DNA of 64,000 bases from Candidatus Saccharimonadota bacterium (GCA_002726935.1 PBTC01000014.1:66218-130217); one strand, 5' to 3'; shown: positions 9,187 to 19,535, numbered from the stretch's first letter. The notes: a model not told the origin generated them from the sequence alone. Program-made: numbers and translations.

Positions 9187-10664
9187 GCGAAAAGGACCCC
9201 GTGTTAGAAAAAAACGAGCGCACAGTGGAGTTGTGGCTGGACGGTAAACACGTCGCAACAGTCGAGTTCCTGTTGGGCAAGGTCAGTCAGTGGTCTTACA
9301 CTGACGAATGGATAAAGAATGGTTTTGAGCTTTCCCCTGCCTTGGACTTTAATGCCGAAGTAAAAGCAAGCTCTGCGGAGGCGTATCTTGAGAATCTCTT
9401 TCCCGAAGGCGAGGTTTTTGATTCCTTGGTCGAGATCCTTGGCGTTTCCAAGGGCAACCATTTCTCAATCCTGAAGTCGCTTGGCAAAGAGACGTCGGGG
9501 TGCTTGATGTTTTTGTCGCCGGGAGAAGAGCCCGATCTGATTGAGCCGTCCATCAGGATTATCGGGGCCGATGAATTCGAGAGGCGTGTAGCTAAATCAG
9601 ACGACCTTCCCGTGACGTCTTGGGACGGTCGCGTTCGTCTTTCCGTTGCTGGTCTTCAAAGAAAAATCAATGTTGTGTATGCGCAGCAAGGTGAGATCAT
9701 CGGGCTCCCAGAGGGATCTTACAGTTCAACTCACATCATTAAGTTTGAAAAGAACAATCAAGAAAACCTTGTTCTGAATGAAAAGTTAATGCTTGAGACT
9801 GCGCGACGACTTGCAATTCCCGTATGCAATACGGAAATACTCTCAATTGCAGATAGGCGTCTGCTTTTGGTTGAAAGGTTTGATCGCTCGGTTAGCGAGG
9901 AAAACAAGGTCACTGTTAAAACTAAGATGCCAATCGCTGGGGTAAAACCGGAGGAAGAGCTGCACGTACTGGAATCCAACTATTCGCATGGGGTGATGGA
10001 CTTGCCTTCGGTTAAGAGGGTTCACATTATCGACGGTTGCCAAGCTCTAGGCCTTAGGTCTGAATTGAAGTACGAACGTCACCTCGGCGATGGGGCTGAA
10101 GTGCGTCACAGTCGTCTTGGTGTCTCCTTTGAGGACCTTGGTGCCCTCTGCGCTTTGTGTGTTGACCCTAAAGCGGTACGAATCTCTATTCTAAGGTGGG
10201 GGATTTTTAACCTGGCGGTGGGAAACTTTGATGCTCACGGTAAGAACATATCCTTTACTTTGTCGGAAAAGGGACTCGATCTAGCACCTTTCTACGATTT
10301 GGTGAGCATTGAATCTTTGGGCGGAAAGTTCAAGGATACTTTTGCTATGGGTTACGGGGATAACTTTGGCGAAACACCATTCGAATGGGGTGATCTATGT
10401 AAGTTTGCGTTGGATCTCCGGGTCGAAGAAAGTGATCTGATAAGCAATGCACTAGATATCTTAACGTCCCTTCCTGGGGCTCTTAAGATGTCTTTGTCAT
10501 CGCTGCCCCCAACAACCGACAAAGAAAACACCTTCATCACGAAGCTGAGGCATGTGTGCGAAAGCAGATCAGCATACCTGGCCGGCGTCATACAGAAGGA
10601 AATCAACGGAAGCCTAAACATGCTTAGCGCTCAGCATACCGATCCAGGGAATTCATTTAATTGA
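9183..10664 (+). CDS. hipA: HipA-family Ser/Thr kinase toxin with N-terminal HipA-N module
   Basis: LSVAGLQRK P-loop, THIIKF, LLVERFDR, GNFDAHGKNISF, LAPFYDL. Confidence 0.9.
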   Translation: MSEKDPVLEKNERTVELWLDGKHVATVEFLLGKVSQWSYTDEWIKNGFELSPALDFNAEVKASSAEAYLENLFPEGEVFDSLVEILGVSKGNHFSILKSLGKETSGCLMFLSPGEEPDLIEPSIRIIGADEFERRVAKSDDLPVTSWDGRVRLSVAGLQRKINVVYAQQGEIIGLPEGSYSSTHIIKFEKNNQENLVLNEKLMLETARRLAIPVCNTEILSIADRRLLLVERFDRSVSEENKVTVKTKMPIAGVKPEEELHVLESNYSHGVMDLPSVKRVHIIDGCQALGLRSELKYERHLGDGAEVRHSRLGVSFEDLGALCALCVDPKAVRISILRWGIFNLAVGNFDAHGKNISFTLSEKGLDLAPFYDLVSIESLGGKFKDTFAMGYGDNFGETPFEWGDLCKFALDLRVEESDLISNALDILTSLPGALKMSLSSLPPTTDKENTFITKLRHVCESRSAYLAGVIQKEINGSLNMLSAQHTDPGNSFN

Positions 10665-10689
10665 CCTTTTGTCGTATATAGTGTATTAT
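10661..10689 (+). promoter_or_regulatory. Sigma70-like promoter TTGACC-17-TATTAT for thyA
   Basis: Consensus-like hexamers, followed by AGGAGG SD. Confidence 0.65.
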
Positions 10690-10712
10690 TTGATAATACT
10701 CTAGGAGGTCAT

Positions 10713-11564
10713 ATGCAACACCAATACGAAGCACTCTGCCAGCGAATCCTCGATAAAGGCGTGATGGTCGCCAACGAGCGAACGGGTGTGGGCTGCTTGA
10801 CCGTGGTTAATGCCGATTTTGAATACCACGTTGGCTTTGGGGAGTTCCCCTTGGTGACGACCCGCAAGGCTCCATATAAGGCGGCCATTGCGGAGCTCTT
10901 GGGCTACCTTCGTGGTTATAGTGACGCGCAACAATTCGCGGACATCGGCTCGCCAACTTGGTTTGCAAACGCCAACGAAAACAAAGCGTGGCTTGCCAAT
11001 CCTCACCGTAAGGGCGAGAACGACATGGGTCGGGTCTATGGCGTTCAGGGGCGATCCTGGGCAAAGCCGGATGGATCCACGATCGATCAGCTCGTGAAGG
11101 TCTATGCCAATTTGAAAGCAGGTAAAGACGATCGCGGTGAAATCATCACGTTCTGGAACCCGGGCGAGTTCGATCAAGGCTGCTTGCGCCCCTGTCTTCA
11201 TTCCTACCAATTCTCAGTGCTGGATGGCACTTTGTACTTGAACGCAACTCAGCGATCCATTGATGTGCCGCTTGGTTTGGTTTTCAACATGGTCCAGGTG
11301 TACACCTTCCTTGCGCTGATGGCCCAGATCACCGGTTTGAAGCCCGGGGTTGCCTATCACAAGCTGGTTAATTGCCACATCTACGAGAATCAGATTGAGC
11401 TGATGAAAGAGCAGCTAACGCGCGAGCCGTTTGAGAGCCCGCGTCTGCTCGTCAATCCCGAGATCAAGTCCCTTGATGACGTGCTGACCTGGGTGTCCAA
11501 AGATGACTTCACGGTTGCGGGCTATGAACATCATCCGGCCATTTCCTACCCGTTTTCTGTGTGA
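10713..11564 (+). CDS. thyA: Thymidylate synthase
   Basis: [31 protein letters not shown] catalytic Cys, [19 protein letters not shown]. Confidence 0.96.
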   Translation: MQHQYEALCQRILDKGVMVANERTGVGCLTVVNADFEYHVGFGEFPLVTTRKAPYKAAIAELLGYLRGYSDAQQFADIGSPTWFANANENKAWLANPHRKGENDMGRVYGVQGRSWAKPDGSTIDQLVKVYANLKAGKDDRGEIITFWNPGEFDQGCLRPCLHSYQFSVLDGTLYLNATQRSIDVPLGLVFNMVQVYTFLALMAQITGLKPGVAYHKLVNCHIYENQIELMKEQLTREPFESPRLLVNPEIKSLDDVLTWVSKDDFTVAGYEHHPAISYPFSV

Positions 11565-11571
11565 GGTTTTT

Positions 11572-12168
11572 ATGCAGCCTAGTAAGCGAGATTTAGCTGC
11601 CATCGGGATCATTTTTGCAGCAATTGTTTTTGCGGGGATTGGGGTCTATTCTATTGAGCAGGTAGAGAAAGGCCGAGGTATTGCCAAAGCTGTCCTCGAA
11701 AGCATTCCTGAAGACCAGAGTTCTCTTAAGGTGCTTGCAGAGAAGCTCGTTGAGTATGACCGCGATGCCCTGGAGAAGATCAATCTTGAGAGCGGCGAGG
11801 ATCCTTGGTTGTCCCACGCAAAAGGGTACCACCCGGAACGCTTTGTCGTGCCTGCGGAGTGGTTCGCTTTAGTGGCCCAATCTAAGGAGATTCCAGATGG
11901 TCAGGTAAAAAGACTGCTGGAAAAGGTGGGTGAAGAGCCCCTATCGACTACAGGTGCGGCCTATTGGGTACTAGAAGTTTCTCAAGCGTTAAGGGTGGCC
12001 GGTGCTTATGAAGAGCAAAAACGCGGCATAAACGCTTTGTGTGGTGCTGATCAGTCTGCGGGATTGAGAAGTGGGAGTGCGACCAAAGAGCAAGAACGCG
12101 GCGTTGACGTTTTGTGTGTTGATTCCGAGATTGCGCATGAGAAAGATGCTGCGGGGCAACCGCTTTAA
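11572..12168 (+). CDS. Membrane-anchored 'PELF' family protein, copy 1 (C-terminal domain split off by a frameshift)
   Basis: N-terminal TM; HPERFVVPAEWFALVAQSKEIP...LSTTGAAYWVLEV. Confidence 0.7.
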   Translation: MQPSKRDLAAIGIIFAAIVFAGIGVYSIEQVEKGRGIAKAVLESIPEDQSSLKVLAEKLVEYDRDALEKINLESGEDPWLSHAKGYHPERFVVPAEWFALVAQSKEIPDGQVKRLLEKVGEEPLSTTGAAYWVLEVSQALRVAGAYEEQKRGINALCGADQSAGLRSGSATKEQERGVDVLCVDSEIAHEKDAAGQPL

Positions 12169-12335
12169 TGTCTCTTGCATCGATGTTCGGCGCACTTAAG
12201 TCAACCGCCATCTCGCCTGTTTCGTCTGCCTTTGAAGCTCGCGTTGCCGGAGTGCGTTGTGATAATGAGCTTGCAAACAGTGTTCTGCCGGATTCCTGGC
12301 GGTGGGTCGTCACTAAATTGGATTGCAAGGAGTAA
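12168..12335 (+). CDS. 55-aa ORF equal to the detached C-terminal two-Cys domain of the PELF family (missed by the ORF track)
   Basis: MSLASMFGALK...FEARVAGVRCDNELANSVLPDSWRWVVTKLDCKE aligns with the C-term of 13171-13854; TAATG stop/start overlap. Confidence 0.7.
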   Translation: MSLASMFGALKSTAISPVSSAFEARVAGVRCDNELANSVLPDSWRWVVTKLDCKE

Positions 12336-12342
12336 TGCCGTA

Positions 12343-12567
12343 ATGCCATCTCGATACGAGTCCGGACCAAAGTCTTTTGTGCTGCAGATGATGGCCAAGT
12401 GCGCTATACGCGATCGACAGGCCTTGATCGATGCGTATCGCGCGGAGTTTGGCACTCCGGACGAAAAGGCGTCTCAGGTTATTTGCGAGGCAGAACGCTT
12501 GATCAAAGACTTCAAGCGAATCGCCCGGGGCGGACTCGCCCAGCCAAACAAAAGCTTAGAGATTTAA
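12343..12567 (+). CDS. Small hypothetical protein
   Basis: In-frame ATG after GGAG SD within ORF 12175-12567. Confidence 0.5.
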   Translation: MPSRYESGPKSFVLQMMAKCAIRDRQALIDAYRAEFGTPDEKASQVICEAERLIKDFKRIARGGLAQPNKSLEI

Positions 12568-12600
12568 ATCGATGACCTTGTCTACCATGAGAGATCGTAT

Positions 12601-13107
12601 ATGAGCAAAACAGATTCCCAAGAGTTTCCCCTAGAGTTCCTCGTGGCTTTCGCGTTGATCTTTATTGTTCTTATTGCTGCGGTGGCGTCTATTCTTGCTG
12701 ATGATGTTGAGAATGTTAAAGGGGGCTATGCACAAACCGTGGCTGAGCAACTACCAGAGAGTGAGCCGTCCCTCAAGGCTTTAGCGCTTAGCCTTGCTCA
12801 GCACAACAGGGATACACATCAAGAGTTAACAAACTCCTCTGGAAAGAACGAGCCTCTTTCGTGGTACCTGGCAAGCCAACCGGAACTATTCGCTGTGCCC
12901 AATGAATGGTTTTCTTTGCTTGCAAAAAGCGAAGGAATTCCTCCTGAAAAGTTAGCCGAACTCATTGGCGATGCTGGGAGGGGGCCAATTTTTACAACAG
13001 AGGCCGCCCAGTGGGTGCTGGAGGTCTATGAATACAAAAGGTCGCGTGCTGCTCTAGAGGCTCAGAAGCCTGCGTTGCAGGCGCTGCGGGACTCAATCAA
13101 ACAATAG
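12601..13107 (+). CDS. PELF family membrane protein, copy 2
   Basis: TM helix + QPELFAVPNEWFSLLAKSEGIP...TTEAAQWVLEV. Confidence 0.75.
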   Translation: MSKTDSQEFPLEFLVAFALIFIVLIAAVASILADDVENVKGGYAQTVAEQLPESEPSLKALALSLAQHNRDTHQELTNSSGKNEPLSWYLASQPELFAVPNEWFSLLAKSEGIPPEKLAELIGDAGRGPIFTTEAAQWVLEVYEYKRSRAALEAQKPALQALRDSIKQ

Positions 13108-13170
13108 TTCGTTGCCGTACCCTATTGTGGGCGGATACCGAGTAAAGTTTTTTAAGCGGAGAAACTTGAT

Positions 13171-13854
13171 ATGCCATTTCAATCTCTAGCAGCCCGTATG
13201 GGTATCTTCACCGTATTTGCTGTAGGCGCCATTCTTTATTTGGCTTTTGCTAACCCATTTATTAAGGGGGGTCATGCACAAACAGTTGAAGGAATGATTC
13301 CTCATGAGCATGCATCACTACGAGGCCTGGCAAAGGACCTCGCTGTTCATAATGAAAAGGTGCACAAGGCATTGAAATCAGATGCTGGCTCAATCAGAAG
13401 CCTGGGTTGGTTCATGTCGCGTTACCCGGAAAAATTCAACGCGCCTGCCGACTGGTTTGAGAAGGTGGCGCAAACCAAAGAAATTCCCACATCAAAAATC
13501 GAAGCACTCTTGGAGATAGCAGGGACGGGGCCTGTATCTACAAATGAGGCGGCTGACTGGTTGCTAGAAGTCTATATGCACCTAGAAAGAGAGAGTTCTG
13601 CAGAAAACCAGCAGATCGGTGTCAATGCCTTGCGTGGACCTGATAAGTCCCCGATTAAAGAAGATGCGGCACGGCAAGTAGCGGAAAAGGCCGTTGCGTT
13701 AATGTTCATCGACCTCAAACTTACCTCCATGACGCCAGAAACCGCTTCCTTCGAGGCGGTGGTCGCTGGGAAAAAGTGTGATATCGATCTCGCTAACAAT
13801 GTTTCCCCAGAACCTAATCGATGGTTGGTTACAAAATTGAATTGCGAGAGCTGA
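13171..13854 (+). CDS. PELF family membrane protein, copy 3 (full length, with two-Cys C-domain)
   Basis: TM helix + YPEKFNAPADWFEKVAQTKEIP...STNEAADWLLEV. Confidence 0.75.
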   Translation: MPFQSLAARMGIFTVFAVGAILYLAFANPFIKGGHAQTVEGMIPHEHASLRGLAKDLAVHNEKVHKALKSDAGSIRSLGWFMSRYPEKFNAPADWFEKVAQTKEIPTSKIEALLEIAGTGPVSTNEAADWLLEVYMHLERESSAENQQIGVNALRGPDKSPIKEDAARQVAEKAVALMFIDLKLTSMTPETASFEAVVAGKKCDIDLANNVSPEPNRWLVTKLNCES

Positions 13855-13894
13855 TGCTAAATCTTTAGCAAACGAAACTAAAAAGGATTAACAA

Positions 13895-14245
13895 ATGGAT
13901 GTTTTTGGCGCATTCGCATGTCTACTTGTCCTGACTATGTTCGCTTCTACTTGTTGGGCGCTCGTGTTGGTTGACGGTCTAAATATGAAGTCTTCAAAGA
14001 TCGTCTTTATGGGTTTTTTGATTATTGGGTGCATGTTGATTGGGCATTACTTGGGCCTTCTAATCGCTTTATCAAATGGCTTAAGCTTTAAGCCACACCC
14101 GATCCTTTGGGTGGATGAACCGATTAGAGCCTTGAGTGTGATGTTCTCAACATTATTGGCTGGCGGCGGTTTCAGTTTTGGCATCTACAGCCTATTGGCC
14201 TCGATGAACGTGTTTACCGCCCGAGCGATTGATCCCACATCATGA
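13895..14245 (+). CDS. Membrane protein
   Basis: Three hydrophobic segments; AAGGA SD. Confidence 0.6.
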   Translation: MDVFGAFACLLVLTMFASTCWALVLVDGLNMKSSKIVFMGFLIIGCMLIGHYLGLLIALSNGLSFKPHPILWVDEPIRALSVMFSTLLAGGGFSFGIYSLLASMNVFTARAIDPTS

Positions 14246-14310
14246 ACCCGGGCTGTCCTAACCTTGCGTGCGACACTGAGGTCGACGAAACGACTTATTT
14301 GCAATTTTAG

Positions 14311-14823
14311 ATGGAGTCCAACAAAATGAAAATTGAAGCCATTCATGCAAAATCCGGCACCATTTCTTTTCTTGAAAAAAGCCTTCGCAGGCATAGATTG
14401 GTACTGATTTTCTTTGCTTTTTTATTAATTGCTGATTCAGTTTTTCTGTTTCAACGTTTTGATGAGTCGGAGTATCTGAGTCTTGGTTTTTTGGGTGTCA
14501 TGCTTCTTTTGTGCTTAGCCGACTCTATTTATAGGCAGACTCCGCCTAGAAAGTTAAATGCGCTAGGCATCAGCGAGCAAGAAGTTAGATTGACGCACCT
14601 CTATGGAGCGACCCATGGGCTTCTTTTGATTTTTTGGTTTTCAGGCATGGTGCTTGGGGCCTTCTTCATTTTGTTCATGACCATTGATAGTGCATTTGAA
14701 CCGAATCTAATTTACCATGCGCTCCCAACTGGGATTACAAGTGTCGTATTTTTCGCTTACCCTCTCGTTGCTTCACAAACGCTCAAGAAAATCATGAACC
14801 ACGACTCCACGCCCACTTGTTAG
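14311..14823 (+). CDS. Membrane protein (about four TM)
   Basis: Hydrophobic segments. Confidence 0.6.
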   Translation: MESNKMKIEAIHAKSGTISFLEKSLRRHRLVLIFFAFLLIADSVFLFQRFDESEYLSLGFLGVMLLLCLADSIYRQTPPRKLNALGISEQEVRLTHLYGATHGLLLIFWFSGMVLGAFFILFMTIDSAFEPNLIYHALPTGITSVVFFAYPLVASQTLKKIMNHDSTPTC

Positions 14824-14910
14824 CGCGATAGTCTCCTTTAGCAGTAGTCCTCTCTTTTGTTTCACAGCCGAAGATGAGTTTTGAGTGTGTCTCCATTGCT
14901 ATCCCTTATA

Positions 14911-14939
14911 TTGCATTATTGTATTAATAATGCTATCAT
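14911..14939 (+). promoter_or_regulatory. Sigma70-like promoter TTGCAT-17-TATCAT
   Basis: Consensus-like hexamers with extended -10. Confidence 0.6.
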
Positions 14940-15051
14940 TACTTATGTCTGTGGTACCAATGCATTTGGGTTTGCCCAAGACGACTGAATAGAGGCGTCG
15001 GCTCCGTTTGGTCTTTACAGTCGTTCTCAAATTTTGTGGCGAGGTGGTTAA

Positions 15052-15414
15052 GTGGCAGGGATTAAGGCTTTAACGAAAACCCAACGGCTTTTGAAGTCCT
15101 TCGCGGCAGTCGATCTGTGCGACGAACATCGCAATTACGGGGATGAGACCCCCGCCCTTAGAGATTTCGGCGTGGCGCCCTCAGTGGCGGCTGCCTTGAT
15201 TCGATGGGGTGAGAAGCACGATCTCGTCAGTACGTTCGAAAGTGACCTGGGTTGCTCAAACAATACATATTCTTGGCAGTCCTCCTTCTTGGCGGCGGCT
15301 GTAGAAAAGCACCTCGAAATGTTCGGTGAGGCGGGCAAAGCTGATCTGCCGGAGTCCCTTATTCGTTACGCCCAGGAGCACTCCCTCAAGTCTCAAAAAG
15401 GCGTCGCACTGTGA
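15052..15414 (+). CDS. Hypothetical protein
   Basis: GTG start after GAGG SD; overlaps next gene start (GTGA). Confidence 0.6.
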   Translation: MAGIKALTKTQRLLKSFAAVDLCDEHRNYGDETPALRDFGVAPSVAAALIRWGEKHDLVSTFESDLGCSNNTYSWQSSFLAAAVEKHLEMFGEAGKADLPESLIRYAQEHSLKSQKGVAL

Positions 15415-17543
15415 GCCAAGACCTAGATCTCTCTGGGGCGTTGAATCTGTGGGTGGAGCTGTCTGGGGTCGATCCCTCTAAGACAAGCTTCACCTGGGGT
15501 GATTTGGGCATTCTCGATATGCACAGGGCTCTGAAAGAGGCGCTCGACCTCGATCATACTGAAATCACGGGCAGCCTTATTTTCCAATACGTTACCTCGG
15601 AGTACTTCAAAAACCGCAGTTTCTCAGTTCAGGAGCTTCTTGATAAGCCAGATCAGGTTTCAGAATATCTGGCCAAGAGTGCGGCCCTACTCCGCTTTCT
15701 ATCCCGTGATGAGATTACAAAAATCTCTAGGGAGTTTAGCGCCAACATGGCCAAAGCTTTGGAGGTATACGGAGCCACTGGCGAGGACGTCATGAGTATC
15801 GTCAGGGCTCCACACCGCCTTGCTTTGCTTCGGCGTGATGCTTTTCGAACCTTGCAGAATCTGAGCGTCCACCAATTTCTTTCTGGCGCTCCTGAAAAGC
15901 CCGAGGTCAAGCCGGTCTATGGAAAACAGGTCTACCGGTGGGACAACATCAATTCGATGCTCAAGGCGTTAATTTCGATGCCCAGCGGTGTGACTGTTAA
16001 TCTAATTGTTCACCCGACTGATCCCTATCGGTCTTATTTTGCTTTTGCGATTAGGAATGGCGGGAACCTGTTTGTGTTCACCGACAAGGACAAGACGCCA
16101 CACCCCCTGTCGGAGGACCTCACCCGCCGTCCTGATAAAGTCTTGGCGGCGCGCGAGGCTCGCAACTGGTTCCCCTATGAGTTGATGGGCATGGCCTTTA
16201 CTGACGACGGCAAGGTCTTTGTTCAGCCCATCGAGTCCAGGGATCTGGTGTCCTATCAGTCTTCAATCCGACCGCTTAAGCATCTTTCCAGTCTGAAGGC
16301 GCCCACCGTTGTGTGGCTTACAATGATGCTGGACCTGATCATGGAGAAATTCTGGAATGAGGGCTTTCAGGCGCCAGCGCTCTCCTATACCGGTGAGATG
16401 GTGAAGGTGAATACCCCCCTGATTGAAGAGGCCGCATCGCGAGGCCTGGTTGTGGCCGGCTATGCCCCATTGAACCTGCCCGAGATTGAATTGCATGAAA
16501 TCAGGTCCGGACAGGGTCCCGCAAACCCAGCCTTTGGGATTGCTGCGCAACCGAACGGCCTCTCCGAAGATGTGTCTTCGGTATTGAATTCTGAGGGCAC
16601 TACCGGCAATTGGATGGAAGATCGCTACGGGCACTTAGTGACAAAAGATGTCCTAAACCTGGTAGCCAGTCCGGCCGATTGCCTCGCACTTAATTTTGAC
16701 GGAAGTGGGCCTGCACAAGCAAGTAACCCCGCCGGAGAGATGGTTCGTCTGGACGCGCGAAACGTAACAAAGCCCTCCGGTTGGTTCGGTGGTCCTGATT
16801 ATGTTTCTCAAGTCCAACTAAACAGCCTGGATTCGACATCCTTTGGTACCGCCGAGGATATCCGGAAAGACCGACTCTTTCTGGCCAGGTCTAATTATGC
16901 GAAGCTGATTCAAAAACACGCCGATGATGAGTTCTCAGCGCGAAAGAAAGAGATTCTGGAATGGTTCTCTTCACATGTGAGGGCAAATCATGTGAATCTT
17001 CTTCCCTTGATGGTGGAGAAAGAATTGCTGGTTCAATGCCCCAAGCCTGGGTCTTTTGATGAACGTGGAGACGGCTGGGCCGCGGAGGTCAACGGTGTAT
17101 TTAAGCGTCGCTTTATGGAGCGTTTTAGCCTGGTTGGTGAAGACGCGTGGCGCAAGGATCACCTCAACTTCTATCCGAGCCAAGGCGCCGTGGTGTTTAA
17201 AGGCCCTGGCTACAAAAATAATGCACCTACGTGCTTTCAAACGGGTGCGCCCTCCTCTGTGGTTGTTAAGTTTATGCCGGAGACAGCCGAGGACCTGGCT
17301 TTCCTTGCTGGTGTGACAAAAAGCGATTTGCCCGATGTTCTTCAGCACTGGGGGTTGCGAAAGCCCTATGTAGGCAATCATCTATTGCGCCGCGTCGATC
17401 CCATGGAATGGCAATGCGAAAACCCCTGGAGAGGGCTGGCATTCACGTGTGCGTTCTTTTTCTCGACCCGCGCGATCAACAGGCTCGAAAAATCATTTTC
17501 CGGGCGAGCTGCCCCAACACTTCCGGGTGAATCCCAACAATAA
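15411..17543 (+). CDS. Large hypothetical protein (710 aa)
   Basis: Long ORF with aromatic-rich motifs (RNWFPYELM, NWMEDRYG, PMEWQCENPW); function unknown. Confidence 0.8.
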   Translation: MSQDLDLSGALNLWVELSGVDPSKTSFTWGDLGILDMHRALKEALDLDHTEITGSLIFQYVTSEYFKNRSFSVQELLDKPDQVSEYLAKSAALLRFLSRDEITKISREFSANMAKALEVYGATGEDVMSIVRAPHRLALLRRDAFRTLQNLSVHQFLSGAPEKPEVKPVYGKQVYRWDNINSMLKALISMPSGVTVNLIVHPTDPYRSYFAFAIRNGGNLFVFTDKDKTPHPLSEDLTRRPDKVLAAREARNWFPYELMGMAFTDDGKVFVQPIESRDLVSYQSSIRPLKHLSSLKAPTVVWLTMMLDLIMEKFWNEGFQAPALSYTGEMVKVNTPLIEEAASRGLVVAGYAPLNLPEIELHEIRSGQGPANPAFGIAAQPNGLSEDVSSVLNSEGTTGNWMEDRYGHLVTKDVLNLVASPADCLALNFDGSGPAQASNPAGEMVRLDARNVTKPSGWFGGPDYVSQVQLNSLDSTSFGTAEDIRKDRLFLARSNYAKLIQKHADDEFSARKKEILEWFSSHVRANHVNLLPLMVEKELLVQCPKPGSFDERGDGWAAEVNGVFKRRFMERFSLVGEDAWRKDHLNFYPSQGAVVFKGPGYKNNAPTCFQTGAPSSVVVKFMPETAEDLAFLAGVTKSDLPDVLQHWGLRKPYVGNHLLRRVDPMEWQCENPWRGLAFTCAFFFSTRAINRLEKSFSGRAAPTLPGESQQ

Positions 17544-17549
17544 AAAGGA

Positions 17550-18311
17550 ATGACAATGGAAAAGGATCTGCACGCAATTCAATCTCAAGAAAAAGGCCCT
17601 TTGCTTAACGCCTGGCGCGTTGCCTTAAAGAGGCACTTGATAATCACCGCGATCTATGTTGCGACTGTGCTCGCATGGATCTACATGTCATTTGACATGC
17701 CCCTTGCGCTGAAAGTCTCTGGCCTAGTTTGTCTCATCTTGCTGTTTACTACTTTTATGATCGTCGATTTAAGAAAACTAATTGATCCATTTTTCCCCGA
17801 AGGGGGGGCCGCGAAGTCGGAGGTCGAGACCAGCGCTAGTTTAGCCGGGATGGATGATCGAGAAAAATTCATTTCTGACTGGGAAGAGTTCATTGCAAAA
17901 AGAGAGGCCAAGGAGCAACAACTCGAAAGCGAATTTAAGCCAGATCAAATAGATTGCTACCCAGTTAATATTTGGGATGATTTTGCTGATGGTGAGGAAA
18001 CCTATGCCTATGTTGAGGATCGTAGAGTCCCCATGGAAGTAAAGTTCAAGATTCTCAATCACCTCATGCAGTTCGCCGAGACCCTTGATATGGTCAAGGA
18101 GGGGCGCGTCAGTTTGCTAATATTCTTTAATGATTCTGCGCTGAAGTATCCTTTATTGGTTGGAAACTCCGAGGCTGAGTATTGTTTATATAGGCGCTGG
18201 GAGCTGAAAATCAGTTGCCCGAATCATGAAGTATTGGACGAATTTGTCGAGCAATTGGCAAAAGTGCCTGATTTTCAAGGCAAGAAGATTGATGTCTATT
18301 CGGAGTCGTAA
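17550..18311 (+). CDS. Membrane protein with acidic soluble C-domain
   Basis: Two N-terminal TM segments; AAGGA SD. Confidence 0.65.
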   Translation: MTMEKDLHAIQSQEKGPLLNAWRVALKRHLIITAIYVATVLAWIYMSFDMPLALKVSGLVCLILLFTTFMIVDLRKLIDPFFPEGGAAKSEVETSASLAGMDDREKFISDWEEFIAKREAKEQQLESEFKPDQIDCYPVNIWDDFADGEETYAYVEDRRVPMEVKFKILNHLMQFAETLDMVKEGRVSLLIFFNDSALKYPLLVGNSEAEYCLYRRWELKISCPNHEVLDEFVEQLAKVPDFQGKKIDVYSES

Positions 18312-18391
18312 TCCAATGCTGGGAACGCTTCTTTGCACGATAATAAAGCAATCTGTGGCCACGCTAAGTGACTGCGTAAAAGGAACAAAAT

Positions 18392-18829
18392 ATGAGTGAC
18401 AGTAAATTCACAAATCATGAAAAGCAAACCGCAGACACGGACAAACAAGATTGCTCCCCCTTGGATCAGTTTCTTGGCTCTTTGATGATTAGTTTGTTTG
18501 CGGCGCTTGCTGGAGCCCTTCTTTTTGTTGTGGACTATCCCAACCCGGAGACGATCTCGATTCAAGAGGGTATGAAGAAAACCGGATACGCTTTTGTTCA
18601 GTATTTCGTTGGGGTTATGCTTTTCTGTTTTCTCTATTTTTACGCTCTGAATAAAATGAAGGGCATTACGTCCGAGTCGGTCCGACTGTATGCACAGCGC
18701 CTATGGAAAGATCTCCTTGTGCGAGCAGAAGCGCGGAGGCTCGGAATGTCTTATCAGGAATTGTTAGCCCTTCTGGAGCCTTCTAAAGAAACCAATGGCA
18801 ATCCGAAGTCCGACAAAAAGGAAAGATAA
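18392..18829 (+). CDS. Membrane protein
   Basis: Two TM segments; AAGGA SD. Confidence 0.6.
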   Translation: MSDSKFTNHEKQTADTDKQDCSPLDQFLGSLMISLFAALAGALLFVVDYPNPETISIQEGMKKTGYAFVQYFVGVMLFCFLYFYALNKMKGITSESVRLYAQRLWKDLLVRAEARRLGMSYQELLALLEPSKETNGNPKSDKKER

Positions 18830-18831
18830 TC

Positions 18832-19194
18832 ATGACGACACCTAAAGTCGCGAGCTACAGGTTAATGCCCCGCCGTATTTTGGAATTGGAAGGAAATATT
18901 GATCAGTTAAAGATAATGTTGCTTGTTACGCTTACTTTGTTGTTTTGCATTGGAGCCTTGCTAACTGGGGTTGGCTTTTATGTCTCCGTAGAAAACTGGG
19001 ACTTTAACATTGCGTTTGGGTTGCAGCCGGCGATCCTGTTCGCGTGTCTGATCTCTCCTTTAGTGATGATTTGCGCCTATTGTCATTGGGTATTTCGTTT
19101 GATTTCCGCGATGGAAAAGAATGCCGGTAACCGTGGATTTATGGCGTACGGAGGCGATGAAAGTGACTTAATTTCATCTCCTGGTTCAAAATAA
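18832..19194 (+). CDS. Membrane protein
   Basis: Two TM segments. Confidence 0.6.
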   Translation: MTTPKVASYRLMPRRILELEGNIDQLKIMLLVTLTLLFCIGALLTGVGFYVSVENWDFNIAFGLQPAILFACLISPLVMICAYCHWVFRLISAMEKNAGNRGFMAYGGDESDLISSPGSK

Positions 19195-19227
19195 ACTGTC
19201 AAAAAAATAATATCCATTGAGGCTTAG

Positions 19228-19503
19228 TTGCATATGGTGATCATTGAATTCCTAACTGTTTGTGTCGCGTTATTCATCGTGGTGCGGGCCGTTAGAAATA
19301 CGTTTAATTCGCAAGTTGTGGTGCAGGGGCATCCTTTTTTTGGCGTGGTCTTGGGTGTGTGGGCGATACTTCTTTGGCCGGTGACGTTGTGGTTAATTGA
19401 CATTCGGGCAGTTTGGTTTTTTGCTCTGTTGATGGTTTCAAGCGTTGGTCATTTGTGTGTTACGGTGGATGTGTACAGAGGTACACGTACCTTGCGACCA
19501 TAG
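19228..19503 (+). CDS. Small membrane protein
   Basis: Three hydrophobic segments. Confidence 0.55.
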   Translation: MHMVIIEFLTVCVALFIVVRAVRNTFNSQVVVQGHPFFGVVLGVWAILLWPVTLWLIDIRAVWFFALLMVSSVGHLCVTVDVYRGTRTLRP

Positions 19504-19535
19504 ATAACGATGTCGAATCATCATGGAGAGCGAGT

